Below are positions 20,991-29,515 of a DNA stretch of 64,000 nt, piece by piece. The translations under genes were made by a program, and so were the position numbers. Every line of letters begins with the position of its first letter. Position 1 is the stretch's first letter. Under the pieces are notes generated by a model. The model searched no databases and was not told where the DNA came from. It worked only from the letters and a program-made list of their open reading frames with translations. The DNA comes from an uncultured Nitrospiraceae bacterium (lineage in GTDB: Bacteria > Nitrospirota > Nitrospiria > Nitrospirales > Nitrospiraceae): the NCBI GenBank assembly GCA_963706325.1, contig CAVPLT010000001.1, positions 320,001 through 384,000 on the forward strand, read 5' to 3'.

Positions 20991-21815
20991 ATGCGACGAA
21001 TTATTATCTTTACAGATCTCGACGGGAGCCTGCTCGACGCCACCAGGTATTCGTTCGACGCTGCGAAGGCTGCCCTTTCTCTCATTGAGAGGCTCGGCGC
21101 AGCGCTGATTTTAGTTTCCAGTAAGACCCGGGCAGAAATGGAACCGCTTCGCCTGCGGCTGAATTATTTCCATCCCTTTATCGTGGAGAACGGCGGGGCG
21201 CTCTTTGTCCCGAAGGGCTACTTTCCGTTTCCGATCGAGGGCTCGACTCCCAATGGGGAATATGAGGTCGTCGTCATTGGAGAACCCTATGACGCCCTGC
21301 GGGCAGCCCTGAAGGAAATCGGTCAAGAGTTGGGTTGTCGCCTGCAGGGATTTGGAGATCTCTCCATCGAAGATATCGCGCGGCTCACCGAATTGTCACC
21401 TGCCGATGCAGCCCTGGCCACACAGCGAGAGTACGATGAACCATTTGTGGCTATGGAGGGCGAGATCGCGTGGAGTCGTCTTCTAAAGGCAGCGGAGGCA
21501 CGCGGCTTACAATGTACGCGAGGAGGACGGTTCTACCACTTGATGGGATCGAACGATAAGGGCATCGCGAGCCAACGGCTCATGGCTTGGTATAGACGTC
21601 TCGCGAGACATGATGGGCAGGGGATGATCACGATCGGGATCGGAGACAGTCTCAACGATCTCCCCATGCTGAGAGTGGTGGATTGTCCCATCCTCGTCCA
21701 GAAACCTGACCGTTCCTACGATCCGGACGTGCAGCTGCCCCACCTCATCCGAGCCGACGGGGTTGGCCCGGTGGGATGGAATCGAAGCCTCATGGATCTC
21801 TTGCCTACTCTCTGA
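20991..21815 (+). CDS. mpgP: Mannosyl/glucosyl-3-phosphoglycerate phosphatase (HAD IIB)
   Basis: FTDLDGSLLD, SSKTRAE, ENGG, REYDEPF, GGRFYH, DKG, GDSLNDLPML. Confidence 0.88.
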   Translation: MRRIIIFTDLDGSLLDATRYSFDAAKAALSLIERLGAALILVSSKTRAEMEPLRLRLNYFHPFIVENGGALFVPKGYFPFPIEGSTPNGEYEVVVIGEPYDALRAALKEIGQELGCRLQGFGDLSIEDIARLTELSPADAALATQREYDEPFVAMEGEIAWSRLLKAAEARGLQCTRGGRFYHLMGSNDKGIASQRLMAWYRRLARHDGQGMITIGIGDSLNDLPMLRVVDCPILVQKPDRSYDPDVQLPHLIRADGVGPVGWNRSLMDLLPTL

Positions 21816-21870
21816 CGAGGGGCTAACTGACACTCCCGTACCACCCTGAGCCATCGCAATGATTGACGCA

Positions 21871-22092
21871 CTACACCCTCTTCCGCGACGTTTCGGGACG
21901 TCGACGACACTGCAGGCCTAAGAAAATCCCACCGGCGAAACCTAGTCCTGCGGCGAGTGCCACAAGGCTCACCAGGGATCCATTGAATGTAAACGGGCGA
22001 CGGTGTTGCGGATAACGGGGAACCGAGGCTTCTCCTCCCAACCAGCGACGCGCCTTGGCCTCTGCGTCGACGTCCGAGATATGCTTATTCAT
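21871..22092 (-). CDS. Small hypothetical membrane protein
   Basis: One TM segment; co-oriented with the upstream operon. Confidence 0.55.
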   Translation of the reverse strand: MNKHISDVDAEAKARRWLGGEASVPRYPQHRRPFTFNGSLVSLVALAAGLGFAGGIFLGLQCRRRPETSRKRV

Positions 22093-22134
22093 GCCATGTC
22101 CTTTGATCCTCGAATTCCCAACCACAGCCACATC

Positions 22135-22842
22135 CTATAGATGGCGCAAGTCATCTGGCGCTCCGTCGGGTGAGCGAATGGAGAGCCCACGCTCGAGATA
22201 ATCCTTGGCCAAATCTTTTGCGCCCAGCCCAAACGCGATTGCCCCGGCCAGGACAATCCCTCCGAGCGTAATGCCGAAACCTACGACCACGATATTCTGG
22301 GCAATGCCAAGCTGCTCCAGCGCCATGGCGACGGCCAGTAATTGAATGCCCCAGCGGGAACAGGTGGCCACAAGCCGGGCGGGAGGGAGCCCGGCGTTCA
22401 CCGCTGCAATCAACACCGCCTGCGACACAAAGTTCGACAACAACCAGCCGGCGACGAGAATAAGTCCCCCCGTCACGAGATGGGGGACATAGGCCAGGAA
22501 GGACTTGGCAAAATCATTGATCGGCTGGAGATTGAGCGCCCCCAAGGCAGCGACGGTCGCAAAAATCATAACCAGCCAATAGGCGGCTTGCCCCACCAAC
22601 CGCGAGGGATCCGTTTTAACGCCCCCGCGTAACAGTGCGCCCGTGACCCCCAAGCGGTCGAAGAGCCGGTCTAGCCCGATCACCCGCAGCAACCGCTCCA
22701 GAGCCTGACTGGCTGTCCATGCCACCAGCAGCCCAGCAAAGAAAATGATGGACATTGCTAAGAGGCTCGGCAAGACCGCGAGTACCTGTCTCGCCATCAA
22801 CTCCAAAGGATCGAGCAGACCCTTTTCAAAAAATTCTTTCAT
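22135..22842 (-). CDS. Mechanosensitive-channel-associated TM-helix protein (CmpX-like)
   Basis: Two TM-helix repeats (LPSLLA; YVPHLV), AIAFGLGAKD; lacks the cytoplasmic MscS cage. Confidence 0.78.
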   Translation of the reverse strand: MKEFFEKGLLDPLELMARQVLAVLPSLLAMSIIFFAGLLVAWTASQALERLLRVIGLDRLFDRLGVTGALLRGGVKTDPSRLVGQAAYWLVMIFATVAALGALNLQPINDFAKSFLAYVPHLVTGGLILVAGWLLSNFVSQAVLIAAVNAGLPPARLVATCSRWGIQLLAVAMALEQLGIAQNIVVVGFGITLGGIVLAGAIAFGLGAKDLAKDYLERGLSIRSPDGAPDDLRHL

Positions 22843-22898
22843 ATTCCCTCCTCCGGCTTCTACCGCAGCCTGCCTTCAGATGGATCGAATCGCAAGCC

Positions 22899-24200
22899 TC
22901 ATCCGGCGTGGGGTTCATTCCACCGCGCCACCAAATAGGACTTGTCCTTTTCAAAAGCCTGGCTCAGCGCTTCGATGCGCCCTTCGGCTTCGCTCGACGT
23001 GAGTCCTTGCGTATCCAACACGAACGAGGCGGTCCGCCCGAGATATAAGGGGGTGAACGCCTTCAACACGTGATCGCGTGGGAGCACCCGATTTCGATAG
23101 GCGACGGCCGCATCATAGACGACTCGCGCCCACAGATTGTCAGGGATTCTGAACTCCTGCAAGGAACAGGTCCCCAAGAGGCGCAGACTCTGTCTGGTCC
23201 CCGGCGCCAAAATCTGGTCCCAAATCACGCCCAGATCGCTCAAGCCTTGCCGAAACGTGCTGATCATGCGATCGACGTTGACGTTAACCGGCTCGACCCC
23301 CACTTCATACTGAAATCCGAACAGCGGCACCGCGTTTGAGCCCTCGGTTTTAGCCCAGACAGCATAATGCTCTTCCATCAGCGCGAAGACGGCGCCGAGC
23401 ACCTGAACCAACATGGCCGACAAGTCCGCAGCGGGATCTTTCGGATTGTGAATTTTCGCGCCGAGAAAACTTTGGCAGACCCGAGCGCCGCTGGCAATGG
23501 CTTCCGTCGTCATCCAGATGTCGATGCCGAACTTGGCAACTTCCGACTCCCAAACATGTTTGTCCAAATAGTGCTGAGCCAACGGACCTGAAAAGCCGAA
23601 ATCTCCGCCGATCGGTTGCCTGATTCGATGGCCGTAGAGTGTTCGCGTCAGTGGGTACACGATACTGTTCGTGATGGTCCCATCGTACTTGTGACGCAAA
23701 TAGTAAGGCGCCACATAGTCGAACCCCTGCTCGAACACCGGACTCACCAGCAGTTCAATCCATTCCGGTGTGATACTTCGCAGATCTGAATCCACCACCG
23801 CGCAGGCTTTGGCTTTCAAGCGACGGGCGATTTCGAAAATGGTGCGAAATGCGCTCCCCTTCCCGGGGATGCCGTGATATGGCGTGATGATTTTATGGAG
23901 CGAGCTCTGCTGATCACCGATAAAAAGCGTTTTCAAATCGACCACGGCCTGCGCAACCACATCCTGCGTGCCGTCCGTCGAGCCACCGTCCGAATTGACT
24001 AAGACGGCGCGGGCTTGGGGGAAATATTTTGCCAGACCGGCGCTGACCGCCCTGACGACATGCCCGATCGTTTCAACATTGTTGAAACTGGGAATCCCGA
24101 CCAAAATGTCCGTGTGGGCGAATTGGTCGACCTGCGCTTCGGTTTCGGGGGTCAGGGGGGCGGTATGGGCAGCGTCAGAAACGTTAGGAGCAGGCGTCAT
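22899..24200 (-). CDS. GT-A glycosyltransferase of the glucosyl-/mannosylglycerate synthase type
   Basis: GIPSFNN..TI, DGGSTDGT, PGKGSA, VDSDLRSI, RHKYDGTITN, RQPIGGDF, FGIDIWMT, KIHNPKD. Confidence 0.82.
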   Translation of the reverse strand: MTPAPNVSDAAHTAPLTPETEAQVDQFAHTDILVGIPSFNNVETIGHVVRAVSAGLAKYFPQARAVLVNSDGGSTDGTQDVVAQAVVDLKTLFIGDQQSSLHKIITPYHGIPGKGSAFRTIFEIARRLKAKACAVVDSDLRSITPEWIELLVSPVFEQGFDYVAPYYLRHKYDGTITNSIVYPLTRTLYGHRIRQPIGGDFGFSGPLAQHYLDKHVWESEVAKFGIDIWMTTEAIASGARVCQSFLGAKIHNPKDPAADLSAMLVQVLGAVFALMEEHYAVWAKTEGSNAVPLFGFQYEVGVEPVNVNVDRMISTFRQGLSDLGVIWDQILAPGTRQSLRLLGTCSLQEFRIPDNLWARVVYDAAVAYRNRVLPRDHVLKAFTPLYLGRTASFVLDTQGLTSSEAEGRIEALSQAFEKDKSYLVARWNEPHAG

Positions 24201-24432
24201 GGATTGATTCTCGTACGCCTCCGCCTCATGACCTGTCTATGACATAGAAAACTGGGTTGGCGAAAGGCCGGTGTGTGTCACACTGACTCTAAGCGTAAGA
24301 GACACCATCTCGCATGAAGATGTCAAGCAATCACGACCCAAAGATGCGTCGAAATAGCGTGATGCGCCGGTGTGAAAGACGCGTGATTGACGTGCAGGAA
24401 CAAGCGGCGGGAATGAGGACGGCGCAATGTCG

Positions 24433-24798
24433 CTATCCGCCGTCGGATATCACGATCTGTTCATTCCGATCCAAACTGAACGACGGAAACAGATCGTGGG
24501 CATTGACGTAATTGCTGAGCCGAAGTTGGTCGTCGGCGTCCATTAGAATAGGGTCGACCCCCAACCTCGACTCGTTCGCCCAGCGTATCGTCGCAAGTCT
24601 TACCGAGAGGGGCTTAGACTCCCCTGGGATGTGCAGATGCAACTGGAGCAGATCCCCGGCTTGTAAGCCTTTGAGTCCGGTTCGTGACCAGCCTGGGATG
24701 GAGAGATCGAGCATCCGACCGTTCCAAATGAGGAGACCGTCTTCGGAACGCGATCCGGTGCACTCAACGATAAAGCGTGGGCGACTCTGTTGTTCCAT
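24433..24798 (-). CDS. PilZ domain protein (degenerate RxxxR)
   Basis: QQSRPRF, DLSIPGW, ATIRW....LGV. Confidence 0.72.
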   Translation of the reverse strand: MEQQSRPRFIVECTGSRSEDGLLIWNGRMLDLSIPGWSRTGLKGLQAGDLLQLHLHIPGESKPLSVRLATIRWANESRLGVDPILMDADDQLRLSNYVNAHDLFPSFSLDRNEQIVISDGG

Positions 24799-25015
24799 CC
24801 ATTTCCCCAAGCACACACTTGGGGAGAATATGAAAAACAATGGATACGCTGATAGTCCCCGAAAGTGGGGGATGAAAAGTCATGCTCTGTGTTCGGTTAC
24901 GAGGGGCCACGGAACCGACACGAATTACGATGGGTAGTACGACGAACCGGGTGAGGTTACGATCGAAAAATCGCGAACCACACACCACGAAGAGTTCGGA
25001 ATGGAAGAGCGATGG

Positions 25016-25363
25016 TCACGCCGCCGAGGGGGAATCCGATGCTGGCCCGAGCATCGAGTCCACAAACTTGCGGATGCGCGCTTCAGCAGCGGCGTTCATA
25101 TGTACAATTTCAAGACCAAACTGGCGTCCATTCACCCACTGCACCAGCACTCCTTCAATATCGATGGCTCTGGGCTGGTCAGGCAAAAAAACTCGCAAGG
25201 TAAGTTTCATGCCGACCGTCACAGGCTTGTCCCCCTCGATTCGCCACCCTTTTGCGGAAAGATCGCAGACCTCACCGGTCCCGACCAGGCCCTCTCCCAA
25301 GTAATAGAGAAAACAACTGACCGGCACACGCGAATGCGAACGATTTGAATGTGGTGTGGCCAT
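25016..25363 (-). CDS. PilZ domain protein
   Basis: RSHSR, DLSAKGWRI, VQWV....FGL. Confidence 0.85.
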   Translation of the reverse strand: MATPHSNRSHSRVPVSCFLYYLGEGLVGTGEVCDLSAKGWRIEGDKPVTVGMKLTLRVFLPDQPRAIDIEGVLVQWVNGRQFGLEIVHMNAAAEARIRKFVDSMLGPASDSPSAA

Positions 25364-25514
25364 TGGTTCGTGACAAGACAGTGCACTTAACGAGATCCAT
25401 CTCGGCTACACTCCAGTCTACCCATCTGAGGAGTGAAGGGCCAAGAATATTCCCTTTCCCACCATAACCGGTGGAAAATGGACCAGAGTCGCAGGTGGCA
25501 AGGAGAAATTGCGG

Positions 25515-25895
25515 CTAGATGAGGGCCGTCACAAATTGTTCGAGGCGAGCATGCTCCTCGGCCTTAATCGAACTGACCGTGATACCGAACTCTTGCCCAC
25601 GCGACCAACAGACAGTTGCGCGATCAATAAAAACCGTCGGATGCTGACCGGGAAGGAAGATGCAGAGCGTAACCACCATGCCAGGCTCAACCGGGTGTGT
25701 CCCATCGATACGCCAGCCGTTGAGCGACAAGTTCCAAGCGATGCCGGTTCCTTGGAACTCGTTACTGGAGTAATAGACTGAACACTGAACGGGAAAACGG
25801 CGGAATGACCGCACATGAAACCTGGTACCCGCAGCTGCGCCTGGATGAAGTGACGCCAATGAAGAAGCCTGTTTGCTGCCACTGGCCATTGTCAT
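25515..25895 (-). CDS. PilZ domain protein
   Basis: RSFRRF, NLSLNGWRI, ATVCWSRGQEFGI; start at ATG 25895 or 25889. Confidence 0.85.
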   Translation of the reverse strand: MTMASGSKQASSLASLHPGAAAGTRFHVRSFRRFPVQCSVYYSSNEFQGTGIAWNLSLNGWRIDGTHPVEPGMVVTLCIFLPGQHPTVFIDRATVCWSRGQEFGITVSSIKAEEHARLEQFVTALI

Positions 25896-25927
25896 TCCAC
25901 CAGAGTTGCGGTTGGGATGCCATGCGT

Positions 25928-25950
25928 TGGGGTGAGTGACGGGTTTCGAA
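25928..25950 (-). repeat. attR: 23-bp duplicate of the tRNA-His 3' end
   Basis: TGGGGTGAGTGACGGGTTTCGAA identical to 41396-41418. Confidence 0.93.
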
Positions 25951-26174
25951 TTGCTTCCGACACCCCTGCCCGCGTTGAAAATCAAGCACTTACATCTGCA
26001 AATTCGTGCAGAATCCCGCAAATCATACGCAAATCCGCAACCAGACGCAACCGCCCTTCCGATGGAGAAGGCGTCGCGCCTATGAATAAACGGAAGCCGT
26101 GATCGATGTGTCGCACTGATCAGCCGAACCCTCGAGTTGCGTAGTGATAATCACAAGGAGAGGTTGGTACAACT

Positions 26175-26786
26175 ATGAACAATGACGCGACGCGAACCTC
26201 AACTCTGACCACCAAAGAAGAAGCTTTCTGCCTAGCTGTCATGGCTGGGGGAAATCCGTCGAATGCTTACCGAATAGCATACAGACCCCAGCGGGCAAAG
26301 GCCAAAACCATTCATGAAATGACCTCGCGCCTCATGGCGAAACGCAAGCTTCGCGCAAGGTTGGCTGAGCTCATGCAGCCAGTGATTCAACAAGCGCGAA
26401 TAAGCCGCGAGGAATGGCTCGAACGAGTGGCTCGTATTTGCCTGGCCGATGTGCGCAAAATATTCGACTCGCATGGCAATCCGAAAGAAGTCACGGAACT
26501 CGACGAGAACGAGGCAGCGGCTATCGCAGCCTTCGAGTGCTGCGAAGACTTCGCCGGGAAGGGCGAGGAGCGCAGAGCGTGCGGTTATACACGAAGATTT
26601 AAGATGGCTGATAAGCTGAAAGCGTTGGAATTGTACGGCAAAGCCATGGGCTATTTTGTCGAACGTCAGGAGTTGACAAGAAAATCCGGCCCGCCGATTG
26701 TCCTCACAGTAAACTTTGTAGATCCGGAACACGCCCCAATGCTATCGGATGATCCCTCCAAGGCGTTGTCAGTCATTTCGCTTTGA
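26175..26786 (+). CDS. Terminase small subunit
   Basis: LT.KEEAFC......N.S.AYR.AY, SRLM....L.A.L.EL, RI..ADVRKIFD..G..K...ELD...A.AIA, DKLKALELYGK; AAGGAG RBS. Confidence 0.85.
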   Translation: MNNDATRTSTLTTKEEAFCLAVMAGGNPSNAYRIAYRPQRAKAKTIHEMTSRLMAKRKLRARLAELMQPVIQQARISREEWLERVARICLADVRKIFDSHGNPKEVTELDENEAAAIAAFECCEDFAGKGEERRACGYTRRFKMADKLKALELYGKAMGYFVERQELTRKSGPPIVLTVNFVDPEHAPMLSDDPSKALSVISL

Positions 26787-26852
26787 AAGTTCCTCGAAGG
26801 CGGGCAAATTTTCCGAATTGTCTTCCGGGCGCCCCTGATGCTCGCATAAGAG

Positions 26853-26871
26853 TGGTGTCCCCAACGGGATT
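26853..26871 (-). repeat. tRNA-Glu-like 3'-end fragment (att relic)
   Basis: Reverse complement AATCCCGTTGGGGACACCA matches a T-arm 3' half, acceptor strand and CCA. Confidence 0.6.
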
Positions 26872-26987
26872 TTCCAAAGGGGAAGCCAAAATATGTGCTT
26901 TTCGATCGATGTTATAGCATTCGCTGCGTAGGAATTGAGCTATTAACGACGGTCGTAAAGGGCAAGCAAGTGCCGTCTTAGAGGTGC

Positions 26988-27209
26988 CTACCGATCCGTT
27001 TGAAGCGTGACAGGGAGTCGGGAATGGCTGAACTCAGTCCCTTCCGCTGCTCGCAACGGTTCTGTAAAGCAATGTTCGAGTAGGCTCCCGGCGTAGTATT
27101 TCACTAACGCAAGCTCCTCACCGGTCAACGGTTCATCAAGCAGAGCTGGGGACAACAGGGTCTCAGAGACGACGATGTACTCGTGAACTTCTTTTCTCAG
27201 TGGATTCAT
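26988..27209 (-). CDS. Small hypothetical protein
   Basis: 73-aa ORF with AAGGGA RBS; amphipathic helical composition. Confidence 0.55.
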   Translation of the reverse strand: MNPLRKEVHEYIVVSETLLSPALLDEPLTGEELALVKYYAGSLLEHCFTEPLRAAEGTEFSHSRLPVTLQTDR

Positions 27210-27326
27210 GTCGGGTCCCTTTCATGGACATTGGATGCGAGCGGCTAATCGCCCTAACAATCGCGTGTAGGTTCAACACACGATTGGAGTTCCACTGCCG
27301 CAAATGGATATCCTCTCTGACGTGCC

Positions 27327-27587
27327 TCAATGGAAGGTGGAAGACGGGCAGCGTGAGAGACTTGGAACAGGCTTCAGTTCCGACAACAGAGAGGACATTC
27401 GCCGAACAACGCTCCCTTGAGTAGCCGTGATGCGGGCAGGTCGTGTCTCGCGTCTGTTGGCTCGCATCACCGGATCATCGATGCAGCCACAGTTCACGCA
27501 TCGCGTACTCGGCATTCTTTCTTGGACACCCTCTTTAGAAACCCACCAGTTCTGCATCAGCAAACCGCCACAGCGTCTACACAGCAT
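27327..27587 (-). CDS. Small Zn-ribbon protein (CxxC...CxxCG)
   Basis: CRRCGGLL...RCVNCG..DD; GAGGAGG RBS; paralog at 33988. Confidence 0.72.
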   Translation of the reverse strand: MLCRRCGGLLMQNWWVSKEGVQERMPSTRCVNCGCIDDPVMRANRRETRPARITATQGSVVRRMSSLLSELKPVPSLSRCPSSTFH

Positions 27588-28071
27588 GGTTGGTCCTCCT
27601 CATTCGGAGTCACAGTTCTCGGACACTTTCCACGAGATCGACGTCCTCATGCGTCTATTCTGGGCCGAAAGAGGCGAGGCGACTGATCAAAACGGACCAC
27701 TTCAGGAAATGTTGTCGAGAAAGACGAGCGAGCCATCAACCTCGGCAGAGAGCATTGAGTCATACATGATGGCATTACGAGGACTGCTGCGCACAACTCA
27801 TTCGATCACCCGAACGTTGATGATGTCCCTCCCCGAGAATGGGCGAGAGGTCATAGTCCAATCCATCATTTATCGCGTGTTTCATTGTCTGGCTCATACT
27901 TGGAGTCTTTGACGAAAGACAACTTCGCGATGCACAGGTGATCGGCCGAGCGTGACTCGTCTGTTGACTGTCAGGAGGACGGTGGCCATAACATGTGCGT
28001 GATATAAGGCAATGTATCGGGCAGGTAGCGAGGTAGTGCAGCAGTCTCTTCACCGGCCTACCAGGCAATCT

Positions 28072-28443
28072 TCAGTCCGTATCCAGGACTTCTTGGATGA
28101 CGGTCCGCAGTCCGTCCGGAGTCAGGGCTTCTTTGCGGATAAACGCACGAGCACCGGCAGTCAGAATGTCCGTTCTGATATCGTGAGTGATGTCGGCGGA
28201 CATGCCCACGACCACCGTGTCGGGTGAGAGACATCGAATCAGACGGGTGGCCTGGATGCCGTTCAGCTTTGGCATGTGAACATCCATGAGTACGACAGTA
28301 GGCCGGAGGGACTCGGCTAACTGCACCACAGCCTGCCCGTCGGCTGCCTCCCCCACGACCTTGACGGCACGCAGTCCGTGCAAGCCCGCCTCCAGGGTCC
28401 GCCTAATGAGGGCATCGTCATCAGCAATTATCACCGTGATCAT
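28072..28443 (-). CDS. Stand-alone NarL-type response regulator receiver domain
   Basis: IADDD, VVGEAADG, LMDVHMP.LNGI, GARAFIRK; no output domain. Confidence 0.85.
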   Translation of the reverse strand: MITVIIADDDALIRRTLEAGLHGLRAVKVVGEAADGQAVVQLAESLRPTVVLMDVHMPKLNGIQATRLIRCLSPDTVVVGMSADITHDIRTDILTAGARAFIRKEALTPDGLRTVIQEVLDTD

Positions 28444-28823
28444 AATCTGTGTCCTCAGGACAACTCTCTTGAGCGATCCGTGAGTGGTAAGGATGGAACG
28501 GTGGTGCTATTGCCGCTACTGGGTGAAGCCCTTGAAGGGGCGGTCTGCCTATGCCACGGTGAACGAAGAATTATCAGTACGCCAGTGAGGACACCAGGAT
28601 CGAGGTGAAAAGACATTCATCACTGGAATGGAGCGAGTCGTCGTACAATTTAGTGGTCGGCCGCCGGCCACGGATCTGGACGGAATATGATCGCCTTAAA
28701 AGGGCTTCTCAACTTGTTGCTATCAGGAAATACGAAGTGAGATTGATTGCCTGAAAAGCCTTGCTAGAAGCTGATTTACGGATCCCCGAGTGTGATGGGT
28801 TCGTATTAAGACACATCGGCAAT

Positions 28824-28858
28824 CGGGACCAAAACCGTGCCCAAAACCGTGACCAAAC
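28824..28858. repeat. Triple 12-bp tandem repeat
   Basis: CGGGACCAAAAC CGTGCCCAAAAC CGTGACCAAAC. Confidence 0.7.
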
Positions 28859-29515
28859 GATCTGCCTTCTTTCCAACTCCTTGGGTTGTAATCCCCCACC
28901 TTGGGTTCGCTTGGATTTTCGTCAAAGTAGTTACATGAGAACGGAGCTTCCCGTTCCATGTGCCGAGCCGCAACGGTCGCCTGAACAATCCGAGGGTGAT
29001 TTTTGGGCTAAGGATTTTGTTCCGTTCCTGATTTCACACTTGAAGTCACAATTAGACCAGACGGTGTCCGATTGGACAATTCAGGTTTTTGCAGAACATT
29101 TCTGAGGGAGACAGCCTCTCAGAGCCTTCCCCCTCGCACAGCCCTCGGCGCAAAAGCACTCAAGAAGCGGCGTTGATTGCAGCAGTGAAATATGAAAAAC
29201 TGGTGCGCTGTGTAGGCTGGCGGATGGTCACCGAGAGACAAGGTGTAGGCAGGATCACCGTTGGTGAGGTAGATCCAGACGACTACCATGCCGATACAAG
29301 GCGCTGCCGCAACGGTAATAGACCGACGATGTGTTGATCGATCTCGGCGGGCGCATCCATGAGCAAACAAACTGGAAGATTACCCAACCGAACAGCACCA
29401 TAGAGAAAGGTTTCAGTACCTATTTGACAAACTGGGGGACCTGTACCCTTTGAGGAGCGAAAATGAGTCACGGGATTTTGTATTCGCGTGGGAAGGGGGA
29501 ATAGTAAAAGTCGCT

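Noticed and set aside
24847..24890. c-di-GMP-I riboswitch-like stretch (CCCC-GAAA-GTGGGGGATGAAAAGTCATG) between PilZ genes
   Set aside because: It lies on the strand opposite the PilZ genes and lacks GGCAAA and a convincing P3/P1. More likely an operator-like palindrome.
28798..28822. dif/XerC-like half site (GGTTCGTATTAAGACACA)
   Set aside because: No XerD arm (TTATGTTAAAT) and wrong spacing.
28824..28858. CRISPR array
   Set aside because: The repeats are contiguous 12-mers with no spacers, and no cas genes are present in the window.
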